Source of the DNA: Octopus sinensis
Lineage: Eukaryota
DNA: 64,000 bases
Assembly (NCBI RefSeq): GCF_006345805.1
Contig: NC_043019.1
Coordinates: forward strand, 6,509,360 to 6,573,359
Direction of reading: 5' to 3'
Shown here: in pieces, positions 1 to 12,749 of the stretch
Position numbering within the stretch: position 1 is the stretch's first letter
How the letters are laid out: each line of letters begins with the position of its first letter
Made by a program: the position numbers and the translations under genes
The notes under the pieces: model-generated
Database searches by the model: none
Seen by the model: the letters and a program-made list of their open reading frames with translations, nothing else
Told to the model about the DNA's origin: nothing

Positions 1-232
1 GGAAACTGAAAGAATCCCCATCGTATAAAAATGTGTGTGAATGTGTGTGTGTGCGTATGGGTGTGTCTGTGTATGGTAGTGATATAACCAAGAATGCGCT
101 TTGCACCAAAAGCTATTATGAGAGTTCCTCTCATGTTGCCAATCGCAGTATAGTCTGTTCCAATATAACATCCACGTTTTAGTGAGAATAACTGTTACAT
201 CTCGGTATTGATACTGCATGTGTTGCTAATGG

Positions 233-613
233 GGAAGCACTCCGTCGGTTACGACGATGAGGGTTCCGGTTGATCCGAATCAACGGAACAGCCTGCTCGT
301 GAAATTAACGTGTAAGTGGCTGAGCACTCCACAGACACGTGCACCCTTAACGTAGTTCTCGGGGATATTCAGCGTGACACAGAGAGTGACAAGGCCTGCC
401 CTTTGAAATACAGGTACAACAGAAACAGGAAGTAAGGGTGAGAGAAAGTTGTGGTGAAAGAGTACAGCAGGGATCACCACCATTCCTGCCGGAGCCTCGT
501 GGAGCTTTAGGTGTTTTCGCTCAATAAACACTCACAACGCCCGGTCTGGGAATCGAAACCGCAATCCTACGACCGCGAGTCCGCTGCCCTAACCACTGGA
601 CCATTGCGCCTCC
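233..613 (-). mobile_element. tRNA-derived SINE, family A (head/body A + tail X)
   Basis: Reverse complement of ggaggcgcaatgg(t)ccagtggttagggcagcggactcgcgg...ggtttcgattccc (A/B-box-like head) through tail cgtcgtaaccgacggagtgcttcc; near-identical to the copies at 11681, 22751 and 37759. Confidence 0.9.
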
Positions 614-659
614 ACTGTCGCAAATATATATTTCATATCATTGATATCACTATCTTACC

Positions 660-1030
660 AAAAACAGGCTTGTTCGTGTGATGGCTCTCTCTTTCAAAAA
701 ACCAGATTGTTCGTGAGAGGACTGTGTTTTTTAAAGAGCGCATTGAACAGATTTTGGAAAAATGTTAGCACGAATGTATATGCATGAGAAATAAGCATTA
801 TGGTTGAATAATTTCATCCTTCGTTTTTCCTCGTTTGTTTTATTCACTTTTGGTATTTCCTATGAGGAAAATGGTGACGTATTTATTGTTAAAGGTTTGT
901 GTCTTCCCTGCTCCGTGCCCTAAACAGTTCCGTTGGGATTTCATCAAAACCAGTAGCGTTTCCTGTCATTATTTCTTTTATAGCCTTGGCAACTTCTGCT
1001 TCCATAATCAGCAGTCCATGAGGTAATCGA
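660..1030 (-). mobile_element. Degenerate LINE reverse transcriptase relic (RTE-like)
   Basis: Minus-strand translation gives EAEVAKAIKEIMTGNATGFDEIPTELF, then IPK... and EQSGF, matching the pre-RT and RT-start motifs of APE-type LINEs; broken by stops and frameshifts. Confidence 0.55.
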
Positions 1031-1924
1031 TATTAACAGATTTCATTGATTTTTACCAGATTTTATCACCGTTATCCACACTGTACAGTCGTAAAACGGT
1101 AATGCGTTGGATAATGCAATCCAAAAGACGTTTTACCTGGAGGATAAAAATGGTCAACGTTTAAATACCTTCGATCAGATGCATCTCAGGTCCGGTGCCA
1201 TGGTGTGGCTGAATTAGATACGCAGCGACGTGAATAAAAGACAGAGGAGATGGAGGTGGGGAGGGCGAATGAGATCGAATGGATAATTGTACTAAGACTT
1301 TTATAGTTTTTGATTATCTCCTTTGGCTTGGGAAGAAATTTGAAGGATTTTAGTCGAAGAAAGACAATACATTTTTTTCTGCGAAATGACCGACCATCCC
1401 GAAACATAACAATATCTGTTTCAGTGCACGATTTCAAATCAGGAATCTTGCAATATAATTCATGAACGTATATATATATATATATATTATATATATATAT
1501 GTATATATATATATTACGACCAACAGACGACGACCAAGAATCACTACTGTTGCTTCCATTGGAACACAAGGTAAAATCTATAATGAACTTCTCCACTACA
1601 CTCGACAAAACAGTAAGGCACGACTATGGGTCTTTTCTATTATACTCTTTATAATATATTTGATAAGGTTCGCCTTTTTAAGAACATGGATTCTATTGAA
1701 TGTATATAGCATGGATTCTATTGAATGTATGTAACAATTATGAACTGTTCCATTATACTGTTTATCATAAATTTTTTTGATAAGGTTCGTTATTTCAAGA
1801 ACCGAAACATGTAAAATTAAAATTTATCTAATATAGTGGCGTTTTCAAACTTCTTTTTTACAAATATATACCCACTCGTATACGATCTACTCTTATTATA
1901 AATATATATTATATATATATATAT

Positions 1925-2370
1925 ACAAAATTAAGAGGAATGATCACTAAAGTTGACACCTAATATGCTAAACATAGACGTCAAATCGCCATTACCACGA
2001 AGAATGTGTTCTCAAGAAAAATCTCAGAAAAACGCCAAAATTTAAATACATCTGGTATTTTGCTGAGATTTTTCTTGAGAACAAATTCTTCGTGGTAATG
2101 CTGATTTGACGTCTATGTCTAGCATATTAGGTGTCCACTTTAGTGGTCATTCCTCTTGCCTTTCTTTTTTCTCTCACACTAGCAACAGCCCATCTTGCTT
2201 TCTTAACCCCTCCATATAATCGAATTCCTACCTGGGTTTCTTTTCTGATGATCGTCTTGAGACTGAAATGTTAGGATTCTTTCTCTTCCTTTTAAGCGTT
2301 AAGTTAATAACACTATTTGTTCAATCCCATCCTTCCCTGCGATATTTTTTTCTTTCCTTTAATGTTCATG
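1925..2370 (+). mobile_element. (TA)n-adjacent repeat with foldback (1933-2157) and hammerhead motif (2241-2276), Penelope-like terminal region
   Basis: Inverted arms of about 95 bp; downstream motif TTTT CTGATGA T CGTCTTGAGACT GAAA TGT T AGGA. Confidence 0.55.
2241..2276 (+). ncRNA. Minimal type I hammerhead ribozyme motif
   Basis: Canonical CUGAUGA and GAAA cores; stem II GTC/GAC with TTGA loop; helix III ATGT (decayed ACGT palindrome); GUU triplet; stem I TTTT/AGGA with two G-U pairs. Confidence 0.5.
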
Positions 2371-2526
2371 GCAATTGATACGTAGATACCTGTGGCGCAC
2401 ACACAGACACACGCACATAAACATACACGCATAAAAGGTTTATATATATATGTATACAGGCATATATATGATATAATATAGATTTATTATTGCTTATACA
2501 TACATATATATATATATATATATATC

Positions 2527-2610
<84 letters not shown>

Positions 2611-2736
2611 TAGATATATAAACCAGACAAAGCCAATGATTATATTCATTAAATATCAGATATATGGACATATCAAATTAAGTTATACTGATAGACATAA
2701 GAGATAGTCAGATTGGCGGACAGACAGACAGATAGG

Positions 2737-2811
<75 letters not shown>

Positions 2812-3153
2812 CTAGATAGATAGATAGATAGATAGACAAAAATAGAAGATAAAGCCCTGCGAACTATAGGGGGGGGGAAACTGGAGAATATTAAAAGTCT
2901 TCATATTTGTAGCAATTTACCAAACAACAGGAACCATTCGTCTTTTCACTTTTCCATTCGCTTAATATCCGCAGAATATTCGAAGCTGTTAGATTTGATG
3001 TGAAAATTACAGCACACGTCCGAAAGGCGTCACGTGACCGAATATATCTTTTCTTATATTACACGCTGATATTAATCTTCCCCTCTTCTCTTCTGTGCGT
3101 CTATCTATCTATCTATCTATCAATATATCTAATCGATCTGTCTGTCTGTCTAT

Positions 3154-3215
<62 letters not shown>

Positions 3216-3216
3216 G

Positions 3217-3266
<50 letters not shown>

Positions 3267-3334
3267 CATCTCTATCTTACTATCTATCTATCTATGTTTG
3301 TCTGTCTGTCTATCTATCTATCATCTATATATAA

Positions 3335-3372
<38 letters not shown>

Positions 3373-3426
3373 GTCTGTCTGTCTGTTTATCTATATATCT
3401 TTCTTTCAATTCTATCTATCTATTTG

Positions 3427-3459
<33 letters not shown>

Positions 3460-3524
3460 ATATCTATTATCTATCTATCTATCTATATATATCTATATAT
3501 ATATCTACCTATCCATTTATCTTC

Positions 3525-3563
<39 letters not shown>

Positions 3564-3570
3564 ACTATCT

Positions 3571-3610
<40 letters not shown>

Positions 3611-3656
3611 TTTATCTACCATCATTATCTTCCTATCTATTTATCTATCTATCTTC

Positions 3657-3704
<48 letters not shown>

Positions 3705-3720
3705 ATCTATCTATCTATCT
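2527..3720. repeat. (GATA)n / (TATC)n / (TA)n compound microsatellites
   Basis: Directly visible arrays at 2527-2840 (GATA) and 3100-3720 (TATC), in opposite orientation. Confidence 0.95.
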
Positions 3721-4089
3721 AACTCAATCTTCCTCGTTCTCTCGACGTATGATTGATGCTGCAATGTAAGAAAAAAGACGGTGCAGTTCCGGAGCGGAGA
3801 AGGGTATGGGTGAAGTAATGTATTACGTCTTTTATGGCTGTCAATTATCTCCCTTTATTCGTTTGAGTTCAAATAATGTCCGACTGGAATTTGCTTTTCA
3901 TGTTTCCTTCTGACAAGGTTTTGATGATCATGTTGTTATGACGGGAACTGTTATGTATTTACTGCTGTAGTTGTTGTTGTTGTTGTTGTTGTTGTTCTTG
4001 TTGCTGTTTTATTGTAGGTCAGCGTTTCAGTGAGGTAGACTTGCGGACGAAAATCATTCCAGCATTGACCAACGTTATAAAATCGATAA

Positions 4090-4188
4090 CGATGATAAAG
4101 ATATTACTGATTATGATGATGATGACGACGACGACGACGATAATGAGGATAATCATGATGACGACGACGATATGATGTTGATGATGAC

Positions 4189-4226
<38 letters not shown>

Positions 4227-4350
4227 CAACGACGATTATAATGAGGATAATGATGATGAGGACGATGATATGATGTGGATGATGACGACGATGATGATGA
4301 TGATGATGATGATGATAACAACGACGAGAATACTGATGATGATGATGCTA

Positions 4351-4387
<37 letters not shown>

Positions 4388-4502
4388 CGACGACGATTAT
4401 AATGAGGATAATGATGATGAGGACGATGATATGATGTGGATGATGACGACGATGATGATGATGATGATAACAACGACGAGAATACTGATGATGATGATGC
4501 TA

Positions 4503-4536
<34 letters not shown>

Positions 4537-4651
4537 CGACGACGATTATAATGAGGATAATGATGATGAGGACGCTGATATGATGTGGATGATGACGACG
4601 ATGATGATGATGATGATAACAACGACGAGAATACTGATGATGATGATGCTA

Positions 4652-4691
<40 letters not shown>

Positions 4692-4920
4692 CGACGACGA
4701 AAACGACGATGATGTTGAAAGATGATGACGCCGATAACGGTGATGATAATGATGATGATGAAAAGGATGACCATGATGAGGACGATGAGAATGATGTCCA
4801 CAAGGACGACGACGACGATGATGATGATGATGGCGACGATTTTGAGGAGTGTGATGATGATGATGATGATGATGAATATGATGAAATGGTGGTGGTGGTG
4901 ACGGCTATGATGATGATCGC
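4090..4920. repeat. (GAT/GAC)n compound microsatellite with a higher-order repeat of about 150-160 bp
   Basis: Unit ttataatgaggataatgatgatgaggacg..tgatatgatgtgg starts at 4236, 4397 and 4546. Confidence 0.9.
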
Positions 4921-5432
4921 TTTTAATTTAGGCACAAAGACGGCAGTTTTAATGGAAGACATTTACTCGAAGCCAACGACTCTATTACTTGTTTGATACT
5001 TCACTTTACGCCACTCCGCCAACGAAGGATGAATTGCAAAGTTGATCGTAGAAAGGTTTGTAACCCAGAACATGAATAAACGGGAAAAACTGTCGAAATG
5101 CATTTTTCCGAATTCTTAATCATAATAATAATATCGGTTTGCAAATTTGGCACAAGGCTCGCAATTTGTGGGGAGATATTAAATTGACAATCACATTGAC
5201 ACCAGTTCGCAGCTGGTACTTATTTTACCGTCTCTGATTGAATGAAAGGCTATGTCGACACCATCGGTATTTGAACTAATAACGTAAATTTAGAAGAAAT
5301 ACCGCTGAGCATTTTGCTTGCCACGGTTATGATTCTGGCAGTTCAACGCCATATCTGTAGTAGTAATAGTAACAACAACAACAACAACAACAACAACAAT
5401 AATAATAATGATGATAATAATAATAAAAATAA

Positions 5433-5666
5433 TATTCAGGGACCTTTTGAGCGGGATGGACTACTCAACCTGGAGAAAAATTCTAACTGGGCCCCAACTG
5501 CAGGTCATGCGCTGTTTATCTTGATATGAGATCACCATGTCGCGCACATATGGTTTGTGATGCATGTGCCTGGTGTACCCTTATCAGAGGGTATTCATGA
5601 TGGGTATATTGGGCTTCGTATATTTTACCCCAGTGTCACTTGATGGCATGAACTGCTCTCTCACTC
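5433..5666 (+). mobile_element. Short non-autonomous element derived from a Dong-like LINE 5' UTR (5'-truncated copy)
   Basis: Matches the reverse complement of about 13130-13370; ends ctgctctctcactc followed by (AAT)n. Confidence 0.75.
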
Positions 5667-5701
5667 AATAATAATAATTATAATATTATTAATAATAATA
5701 A

Positions 5702-5754
<53 letters not shown>

Positions 5755-5795
5755 TAATAATAATAAAATAGTTAGTAATAATAATAATAATAATA

Positions 5796-5826
<31 letters not shown>

Positions 5827-6035
5827 TAGATTCATCTCTGAGTTCTTGCAGGACGAGAATGTAACATCATGCCATATTCAGTCTGGAGAGGAAGAGGAAG
5901 AACAGGAAAGAAAAAGAAGATATCACGGAAAAGCGACTACCTATTCACATCATGAATTTATAATCGCCTTAACCCCACCTCCCAACTTGCTGACCTTGTG
6001 CTAAAATTTGAAACTATCATCTTCATTATTATTAC

Positions 6036-6176
<141 letters not shown>

Positions 6177-6214
6177 CATCATCATCATCATTACCATCAT
6201 CATCATCATCATCA

Positions 6215-6261
<47 letters not shown>

Positions 6262-6544
6262 GAGTGAGAGAGCAGTGCATGCCATCAAAGTGATACTGGG
6301 GAAAAATATATGTTGCCCAGTATACCCATCAAGACCACCCGTCAGATAAGTGTACACCAGGCACATGCATAACAATGTATGCTCCACGTGGAGATCTCAC
6401 ATCAAGATCAAACAACTGACAAGCAAGTATGTGGTAATTGAGCAGAATATTTGCTGTAGCCCATCTTTTATAACAAGACATACACTCCCAGACAGTTAAG
6501 ATCAGAAGCCATCAGAGCCACTGTCTGGTACTGCATCAGCGCAT
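6262..6544 (-). mobile_element. Short non-autonomous Dong 5' UTR-derived element (internally deleted copy)
   Basis: Both termini present (atgcgctgatgcagtaccagacagtgg at the 5' end, ctgctctctcactc at the 3' end), flanked by (ATT)n and (GTT/ATT)n; homologous to 13130-13683. Confidence 0.75.
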
Positions 6545-6564
6545 CTGTTGTTGTTGTTATTATC

Positions 6565-6596
<32 letters not shown>

Positions 6597-6672
6597 GAAT
6601 AACAACATCATCATCATCATCACCATCATCATTATTGTTATTATTGTTGTTGTTGTTGTTGTTGTTGTTATT

Positions 6673-6703
<31 letters not shown>

Positions 6704-6726
6704 TTATTATCATCATGATCATTCTC

Positions 6727-6950
6727 CAGTAGTCATATTTTTATCATATGCTATAACTGCACTACCGACCGCAACTCTGTGTACCCTGGGTATGTGCTGT
6801 GGTTTGCTTTAGTGTTGTAATTTTCACACTATTGGAAGTTCTTTACGTAGGATGTGTATGATGCCTAGTAGTGTTATTTTCGGTGTTTTATATATATTCG
6901 TAAATCCTGGTGTTTTGGTTATGGACTTGTCTATGTTTTTTAATCATAGC
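6727..6950 (-). mobile_element. Dong/R4-like LINE 3' end fragment
   Basis: Homologous to the 47600-47825 segment (ORF end plus 3' UTR). Confidence 0.7.
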
Positions 6951-7019
6951 TGTTATTATCATACTTATTATAATATTCATTATTAAATCTCAGAATGAGA
7001 TTGAAACAGTAATCGCTCG

Positions 7020-7401
7020 ATAATGTAAAGTAAAGAAGCCATCTTAGCATGGCTAACCACATAGGGGAGGGGGTGTTACTGTAGCTTTATAGCCTCAAGA
7101 GATCGTCGTCTCTAGCGGCTTTAGACACCATTTCAGTGCCCTTGAAGTATTTGCAAAGGGAGGCCATCCCTTCCTCGCAAGCCTGGGTGATACGCTCGGA
7201 CAAAAATCCCGAAACTAATCCGAGCGTATCACCCAGGCTTGCGAGGAAGGGATGGCCTCCCTTTGCAAATACTTCAAGGGCACTGAAATGGTGTCTAAAG
7301 CCAGCTGGAGACGACGATCTCTTGGGGCTATAAAGCTACAGTAACACCCACTCCCCCTATGTGGTTAGCCATGCTAAGATGGCTTCTATACTTTATATTA
7401 T
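7020..7401. repeat. Long near-perfect foldback palindrome (MITE-like)
   Basis: Arms of about 180 bp (ataatgtaaagtaaagaagcc...gctcgga / tccgagc...ggcttctatactttatattat), 18-nt spacer, few mismatches. Confidence 0.95.
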
Positions 7402-7429
7402 AATATTGTTTTTGTTATTAGGCTCTACA

Positions 7430-9590
7430 TTTCGGTTATCTCTCTTTCTGTGTGTTCACATTTTCAGAGATTCTTCGTTTCTTTTAGAAATACGTTGTCA
7501 TCTGTTGGGATAAACAGATCGATTAGAAGGCATTTTTCTTGATGATCTCAGACAACGATATCCTGTCTATTAACCTTGAACTCTATATAATGTATATTGG
7601 TATATCACAGAGTATGTTTGCTTAGTCATTCTCTGAGACCGTTTCTTGGGTATGCTTGTACCATCTATTTTCTGTTGTTATTCCAGTGTATGTAGCTTCC
7701 AGTGTATATATGTCCAAAACTCAGTCACGCCTTTGGATATATTCCTTCTCAGTCAAGAATGAGCAAGCCAGAGACAAATTGATTTATTGTTTCTTCCCCC
7801 ATCACCACATATTCTGCAGTTATTGTATTTTTCTTCATTATGTGTTTCTGGTGAGATGGCTTTGATCCCGTGCTGCATTTAAAAATCTTTCACTCTCTGC
7901 TTTGAGTCCTCAGCTTCTCAAGCATTGTTTGGATTTTACTTTGACTATTTCTGTTTTCCGTTTAGTTTATCACGGTATTTTTCATGTAATGTCTTCTTTT
8001 ATCAAGGTATTCTGTTGTTTTAAGGCGGCGAGCTGGCAGAGACGTTAGCACGCCGGGCGAAATGCTTAGCGGTATTTCGTCTGCGTTAAGTTGTGAGTTC
8101 AAATTCCGCCGAGGCCGACTTTGCCTTTCATCCTTTCGGGGTCGATAAATTAAGTACCAGTTACGCACCGGGGTCGATGTAATCGACTTAATACCTATGT
8201 CTGTCCTTGTTTGTCCATTCTGTGTTTAGCCCCTTGTGGGAAGTAAAGAAAGAGGTATTTCGTCTGCGTTAAGGTGTGAGTCAAATTCGCCGAGGTTCGA
8301 TTGCCTTTCATTCTTTCGGGGTCGATAAATTAAGTACCAATTACGCACTGGGGTCGATGGAGTAATGACAATACCTATGTCTGTCCTTGTTTGTCCATTC
8401 TGTGTTAGCCCCTTGTGGGCGTAAAGAAAGAGGTATTTCGTCTGCGTTACGTTGTGAATTCAAATTCCGCCGAGGTCGACTTTGCCTTTCATCCTTTCGG
8501 GGTCGATAAATTAAGTACCAGTTACACACTGGGGTCGATGTAATCGACTTAATACCTATGTCTGTCCTTGTTTGTCCAGTCTGTGTTTAGCCCCTTGTGG
8601 GTAATAAAGAAATAGGTATTCTGTTGTTTCCGTACCAATTTTCCTTGGTTCTAAGTTACATATTTCTGTAATCCTATGGTAGTTATTTCATAGTAGTTTT
8701 CTAGTTATATAATTTCTCTACTCCCGTCAGTTCGTTATATATACAACCTTTCTATATCAGATTTTGTGTGGTGTATTCTAAATTCCGTTATTATGTTTCT
8801 TGTTTTTTTATCTAGGTTAGCTCATTTCCTGTCCAATTAAGGATATTGTAACTGTAACTTATAGCAGGGATAGCTAGATTATTGATACAAATTATCTTGC
8901 TTTTCGCATTGAGCTCAGCTTCAAGTATTAATCTAATTCGTCCATAATATTCCTTCCTTACATTTTCTTTCATTTGTGTGTGTTGTACCGTATCTAGTTC
9001 ATTGATTCCTAAGTATTTGTATGTCTGGGTTTGGTCTAATTTTCTTATTTCATTTTATTTTATCTAGTGTGATATTGTTACCTTTAACTAGTTTTCGTCC
9101 TTAGCACATTTTTTCTAAGCCGAATTTATTTTATTTCTGTGGTAAATGATTTATTTCTTTGGTAAATATACGTACTGTCTGTAGTAATGTTCCCAGTTGT
9201 GCGTCATTTGCAGCATACCGTTTTAAATGATCCATATACAAGAGGTGGTTGATTGTTTTTCCATAGCATTTGTATCTACATCCCGTTCTGTTTAACATGT
9301 CAGTTAAAGGCGTCAATGCTACACAGAAAAGGAATGGTGGGAGCGAATCTCCTTGAAATATTCTTCTTCTAATGTGAATTTGCTTTAGCTTTTATGATTC
9401 CCTTTTAAGTCAGAAGCTGCAACACCGTTTACCATTTATTCATGGTATGTTTTATATATTTTGTTATTGGTGCTACCGCGTTCATGGCAAGTGTTGTAGG
9501 ATCCATGTGTGGGGAATACTGTCAAAAACCTTTACATACTCGATCCAAGTCATGCTTAGACCCTCCTCTTTGTTAATATTGGGTGGTATT
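7430..9590 (-). mobile_element. Degenerate R4/Dong-clade LINE (RT, zinc knuckle, RLE), interrupted by a SINE trimer
   Basis: Minus-strand peptides LSMTWIEYVKVFDSIPHTWI, HLLYMDHLKRYA (YMDD-like), RIRLILEAELNAKSKI, KSDIERLY, AARDQSHLTRN, CRIC zinc knuckle, RQDIVV and LLIDLFIPTDDNV; many stops and deletions. Confidence 0.85.
8021..8614 (+). mobile_element. SINE family C (Deu/Nin-like central domain), head plus three tandem body/tail units, 15-bp TSD
   Basis: Head gcggcgagctggcaga; unit of about 180 bp containing gactttgcctttcatcctttcggggtcgataaattaagtacc repeated three times; TSD ggtattctgttgttt at 8006-8020 and 8615-8629. Confidence 0.9.
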
Positions 9591-9740
9591 GAACCCAATA
9601 CTCTGATGTCAACGGGATCAACCTTTACGTTTGACTCTCGATGCGTCCACATCTTAGCGACCTCAGTTTTCAGGTCTCCAAATTTGTCGGCATTTTCTCT
9701 TTCTTTCATGAAAATATGTTGATCCCTGATACTGCCACAT
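9590..9740 (-). mobile_element. Dong-like LINE C-terminal fragment
   Basis: KERENADKFGDLKTEVAKMW...PVDIRVLGSIP matches the KE.EK..KY.DL..E..RMW....P.VIGALG tail of RLE LINEs. Confidence 0.7.
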
Positions 9741-9779
9741 CGATTATTAAGTATTGTTGTAATTGTTGCTGTTGTGTGT

Positions 9780-9956
9780 GGGATTTTGTTGTTGTTCTTA
9801 TTATTATTATTATTATTATTATCATCATTATCATATATTATTATTATTATTATTATTATCATCATTATTATTATGTTATTATTTATTATCATTATTATTA
9901 TTATTATTATTATTATTTTATTATTATTATTATTATTATTTATTATATTATCATCA

Positions 9957-10011
<55 letters not shown>

Positions 10012-10367
10012 CATCATCATCATATTATTATTATTTTGGTTTGGCTATCATCCGCCTCCGGCACTTTTTTTGAACATTTGTATGCTATGTATACACCCCT
10101 TCTTTCTCAGTGTATATCGTGTGTACTTAGTTTCTTACTCTCTCTTTCCTTTCATTTTTTTTATCATTTCATCATATATGTAAACCCCCACACTTTATGT
10201 CTGTCTTTATATTGTCCCCCTCGTTCTTTGCCCTTGTGGCAAATAAATGAAATCATTATTACTATTGTTATTATTGTTATTGTTATTATTATTATTATTA
10301 TTATTATTAATATCATTATTATTATTATTATTGTTATTATTATTATTATTGTTGTTATTATTATTAA

Positions 10368-10419
<52 letters not shown>

Positions 10420-10435
10420 GTTATTATTGTTATTA

Positions 10436-10469
<34 letters not shown>

Positions 10470-10672
10470 CATTATTATTATTATTATTATTATTGGTGTT
10501 GTTGTTGTTGTTGTTGTTGTTATGTATTATTTGTGAACTTAGGAAGTTCCTCTCTACTCCAGTTCCTCGATAATATTCCCTCCTTAATGATAAACAATCA
10601 TTTTCTTTCTCTAGTTTATTTATGTATCTCAACTACTCAGATATATCTTCTCTGAAATACACACACACACAC

Positions 10673-10710
<38 letters not shown>

Positions 10711-11075
10711 ACATATATATTCCTACGACATGTCGATATGAACATAATACGTCGATATGAACCTCATACACATTTTCCTATTTTTTTTTTATGTAAGATA
10801 GAGCATTTCTCTCTCTTCTTGCTCGTTGAAAATATAACCTGTCAGGGATGAGTTGAATCGTTTCTCTATATTCATTTTTTATATCACATGCTTTAGAAAC
10901 GAGCTTCCAGAGAGGACCAATCATTCGTGAAAGTGTACTTAAAATTGTTGAAAGAATGACAAGAGAGAAATCTGACCAATACAGAAAGAAGTAATATCAA
11001 AAGATTTTACTACTTTTGTTATTATTATTATTATTATTATCATTATTATTATTATTATTTTTTATTTTATTATTA

Positions 11076-11108
<33 letters not shown>

Positions 11109-11132
11109 GATTATTATATTATTATTATCATA

Positions 11133-11177
<45 letters not shown>

Positions 11178-11296
11178 GTATCTCATCATCATTATTATTA
11201 TTATTATTATAATTATATTATTATTATTATTATTATTATTATTCTTATTATTATTAAATATTATTATTATTATTATTATTTATTATTATTATTATT

Positions 11297-11336
<40 letters not shown>

Positions 11337-11400
11337 CCATCAACATCATCATCACCTTCATCATCATCCTCATCCTCATCATCGTCATCATCATCATCAT
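9780..11400. repeat. (ATT)n / (ATC)n / (CA)n microsatellite blocks
   Basis: Directly visible at 9780-10040, 10255-10525, 10660-10710 and 11010-11400. Confidence 0.95.
10525..10635 (-). mobile_element. Possible Dong-like LINE extreme 3' fragment
   Basis: RYINKLE...GTGVERNFLS resembles the ORF terminus; abuts (AAC/AAT)n. Confidence 0.4.
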
Positions 11401-11404
11401 TACT

Positions 11405-11522
11405 AGGGTGGCAAGCTGACGGAAACTTTAACACGCAAAAAGGCCTTACGTTCTGAGTTCAAATTCCGCCGAGGTCGACTTTTTGCTTTTTATCCTTTCG
11501 GGGTCGATGATAAAATAAGTGC
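11405..11522 (+). mobile_element. SINE family C fragment
   Basis: ttacgttctgagttcaaattccgccgaggtcgact...cctttcggggtcgat. Confidence 0.8.
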
Positions 11523-11680
11523 TCCAGATGTCACTCCAAAACCTTTGACTTTCAATGTTATCTGGTATCAACTTTTCACCTGTGCACTCTCCATTTATTT
11601 CTTTGTAGAATCTCTTCTGATCTACCCTGAATAACCTGTTCTGCTGGTATCCCTTCATTCTTTGGTCGTATCTCACCATC

Positions 11681-12076
11681 GGAGGCGCAATGGCCCAGTG
11701 GCCCAGTGGTTAGGGCAGCGGACTCGCGGTCGTAGGATCGCGGTTTCGATTCCCAGACCGGGCGTTGTGAGTGTTTATTGAGCGAAAACACCTAAAGCTC
11801 CACGCGGCTCCGGCAGGGGATGGTGGTGATCCCTGCTGTACTCTTTCACCACAACTTTCTCTCACTCTTACTTCCTGTTTCTGTTGTACCTGTATTTCAA
11901 AGGGCCGGCCTTGTCACTCTCTGTGTCACGCTGAATATCCCCGAGAACTGCGTTAAGGGTACACGTGTCTATGGAGTGCTCAGCCACTTACACGTTAATT
12001 TCACGAGCAGGCTGTTCCGTTGATCGGATCAACCGGAACCCTCGTTGTCGTAACCGACGGAGTGCTTCCTTCCTTA
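11681..12076 (+). mobile_element. SINE family A, 13-bp TSD
   Basis: Full-length; TSD gtatctcaccatc at 11668-11680 and 12077-12089; short duplication (gcccagtg) in the head. Confidence 0.95.
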
Positions 12077-12490
12077 GTATCTCACCATCTTTGCTTTCTT
12101 TACAACGAGGCGCTGTTTCAGTTCCTCCATTACCCCTTTCAGGCCCTTTCTCTCAATATCATGCTTCCTGCTTAGTTTTCTGTATTTTTGTACCCTTTAA
12201 GCTCACGCTTCTTTTTTCGGTCTAACACAGAAATGTATTTCGAGAAAATATCTAACCCCGTCTGTATTCTTCTTAGTCACCATGGATCTTTTCTTTTGTC
12301 GCTCCCATTATATAATTTTTTTTACATCCACACCCACATTTTCTGCTATGACAATACTTGCTGCCTTGTTCAAATTGTTTGCTTCTGTGATTTTATTTTG
12401 TTCTGATGTATTTCAGAATTCCATTTACATTTTTCATTCATTGGTTCGACCTTTTTAAAATTGCAAATAATGTTGCTATCATTCTCTTGT

Positions 12491-12749
12491 GTGGATGAGC
12501 GTGGCTTAGTGGTTAGCGTGTCAGCATCATGATCGTAAGATTGTGGTTTCGATGATTCCTGGACCGGGCGACGCGTTGTGTCCTTGAGCAAAACACTTCA
12601 TTTAACGTTGCTGCAGTCCACTCAGCTGGCAAAAATGAGTAACGCTGCGATGGACTGGCGTCCCTTCCAGCTGGGGACATACGCCATTGAAACCGGGAAA
12701 CCGGGCCCATGAGCCTGGCTAGGCTGTAAAATGGCGCATTTATTTATTT
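12491..12749 (+). mobile_element. CORE-type SINE family D (body B + tail Y), 14-bp TSD
   Basis: tRNA-like head, CORE-like tgtgtccttgagcaaaacacttca, tail gggcccatgagcctggctag...gcgcatttattt; TSD tatcattctcttgt at 12477-12490 and 12750-12763. Confidence 0.9.

Noticed and set aside
7860-7912. CTGAGGA...GAAA hammerhead-like match on the minus strand
   Set aside because: It lies within Dong ORF coding sequence and helices I and III do not form.
8021-8614. CRISPR-like array
   Set aside because: Eukaryotic SINE multimer with near-identical units and no unique spacers.
11681-11760. tRNA genes at the SINE heads
   Set aside because: The tRNA-like boxes continue directly into SINE bodies with TSDs, and no proper acceptor stem is present.
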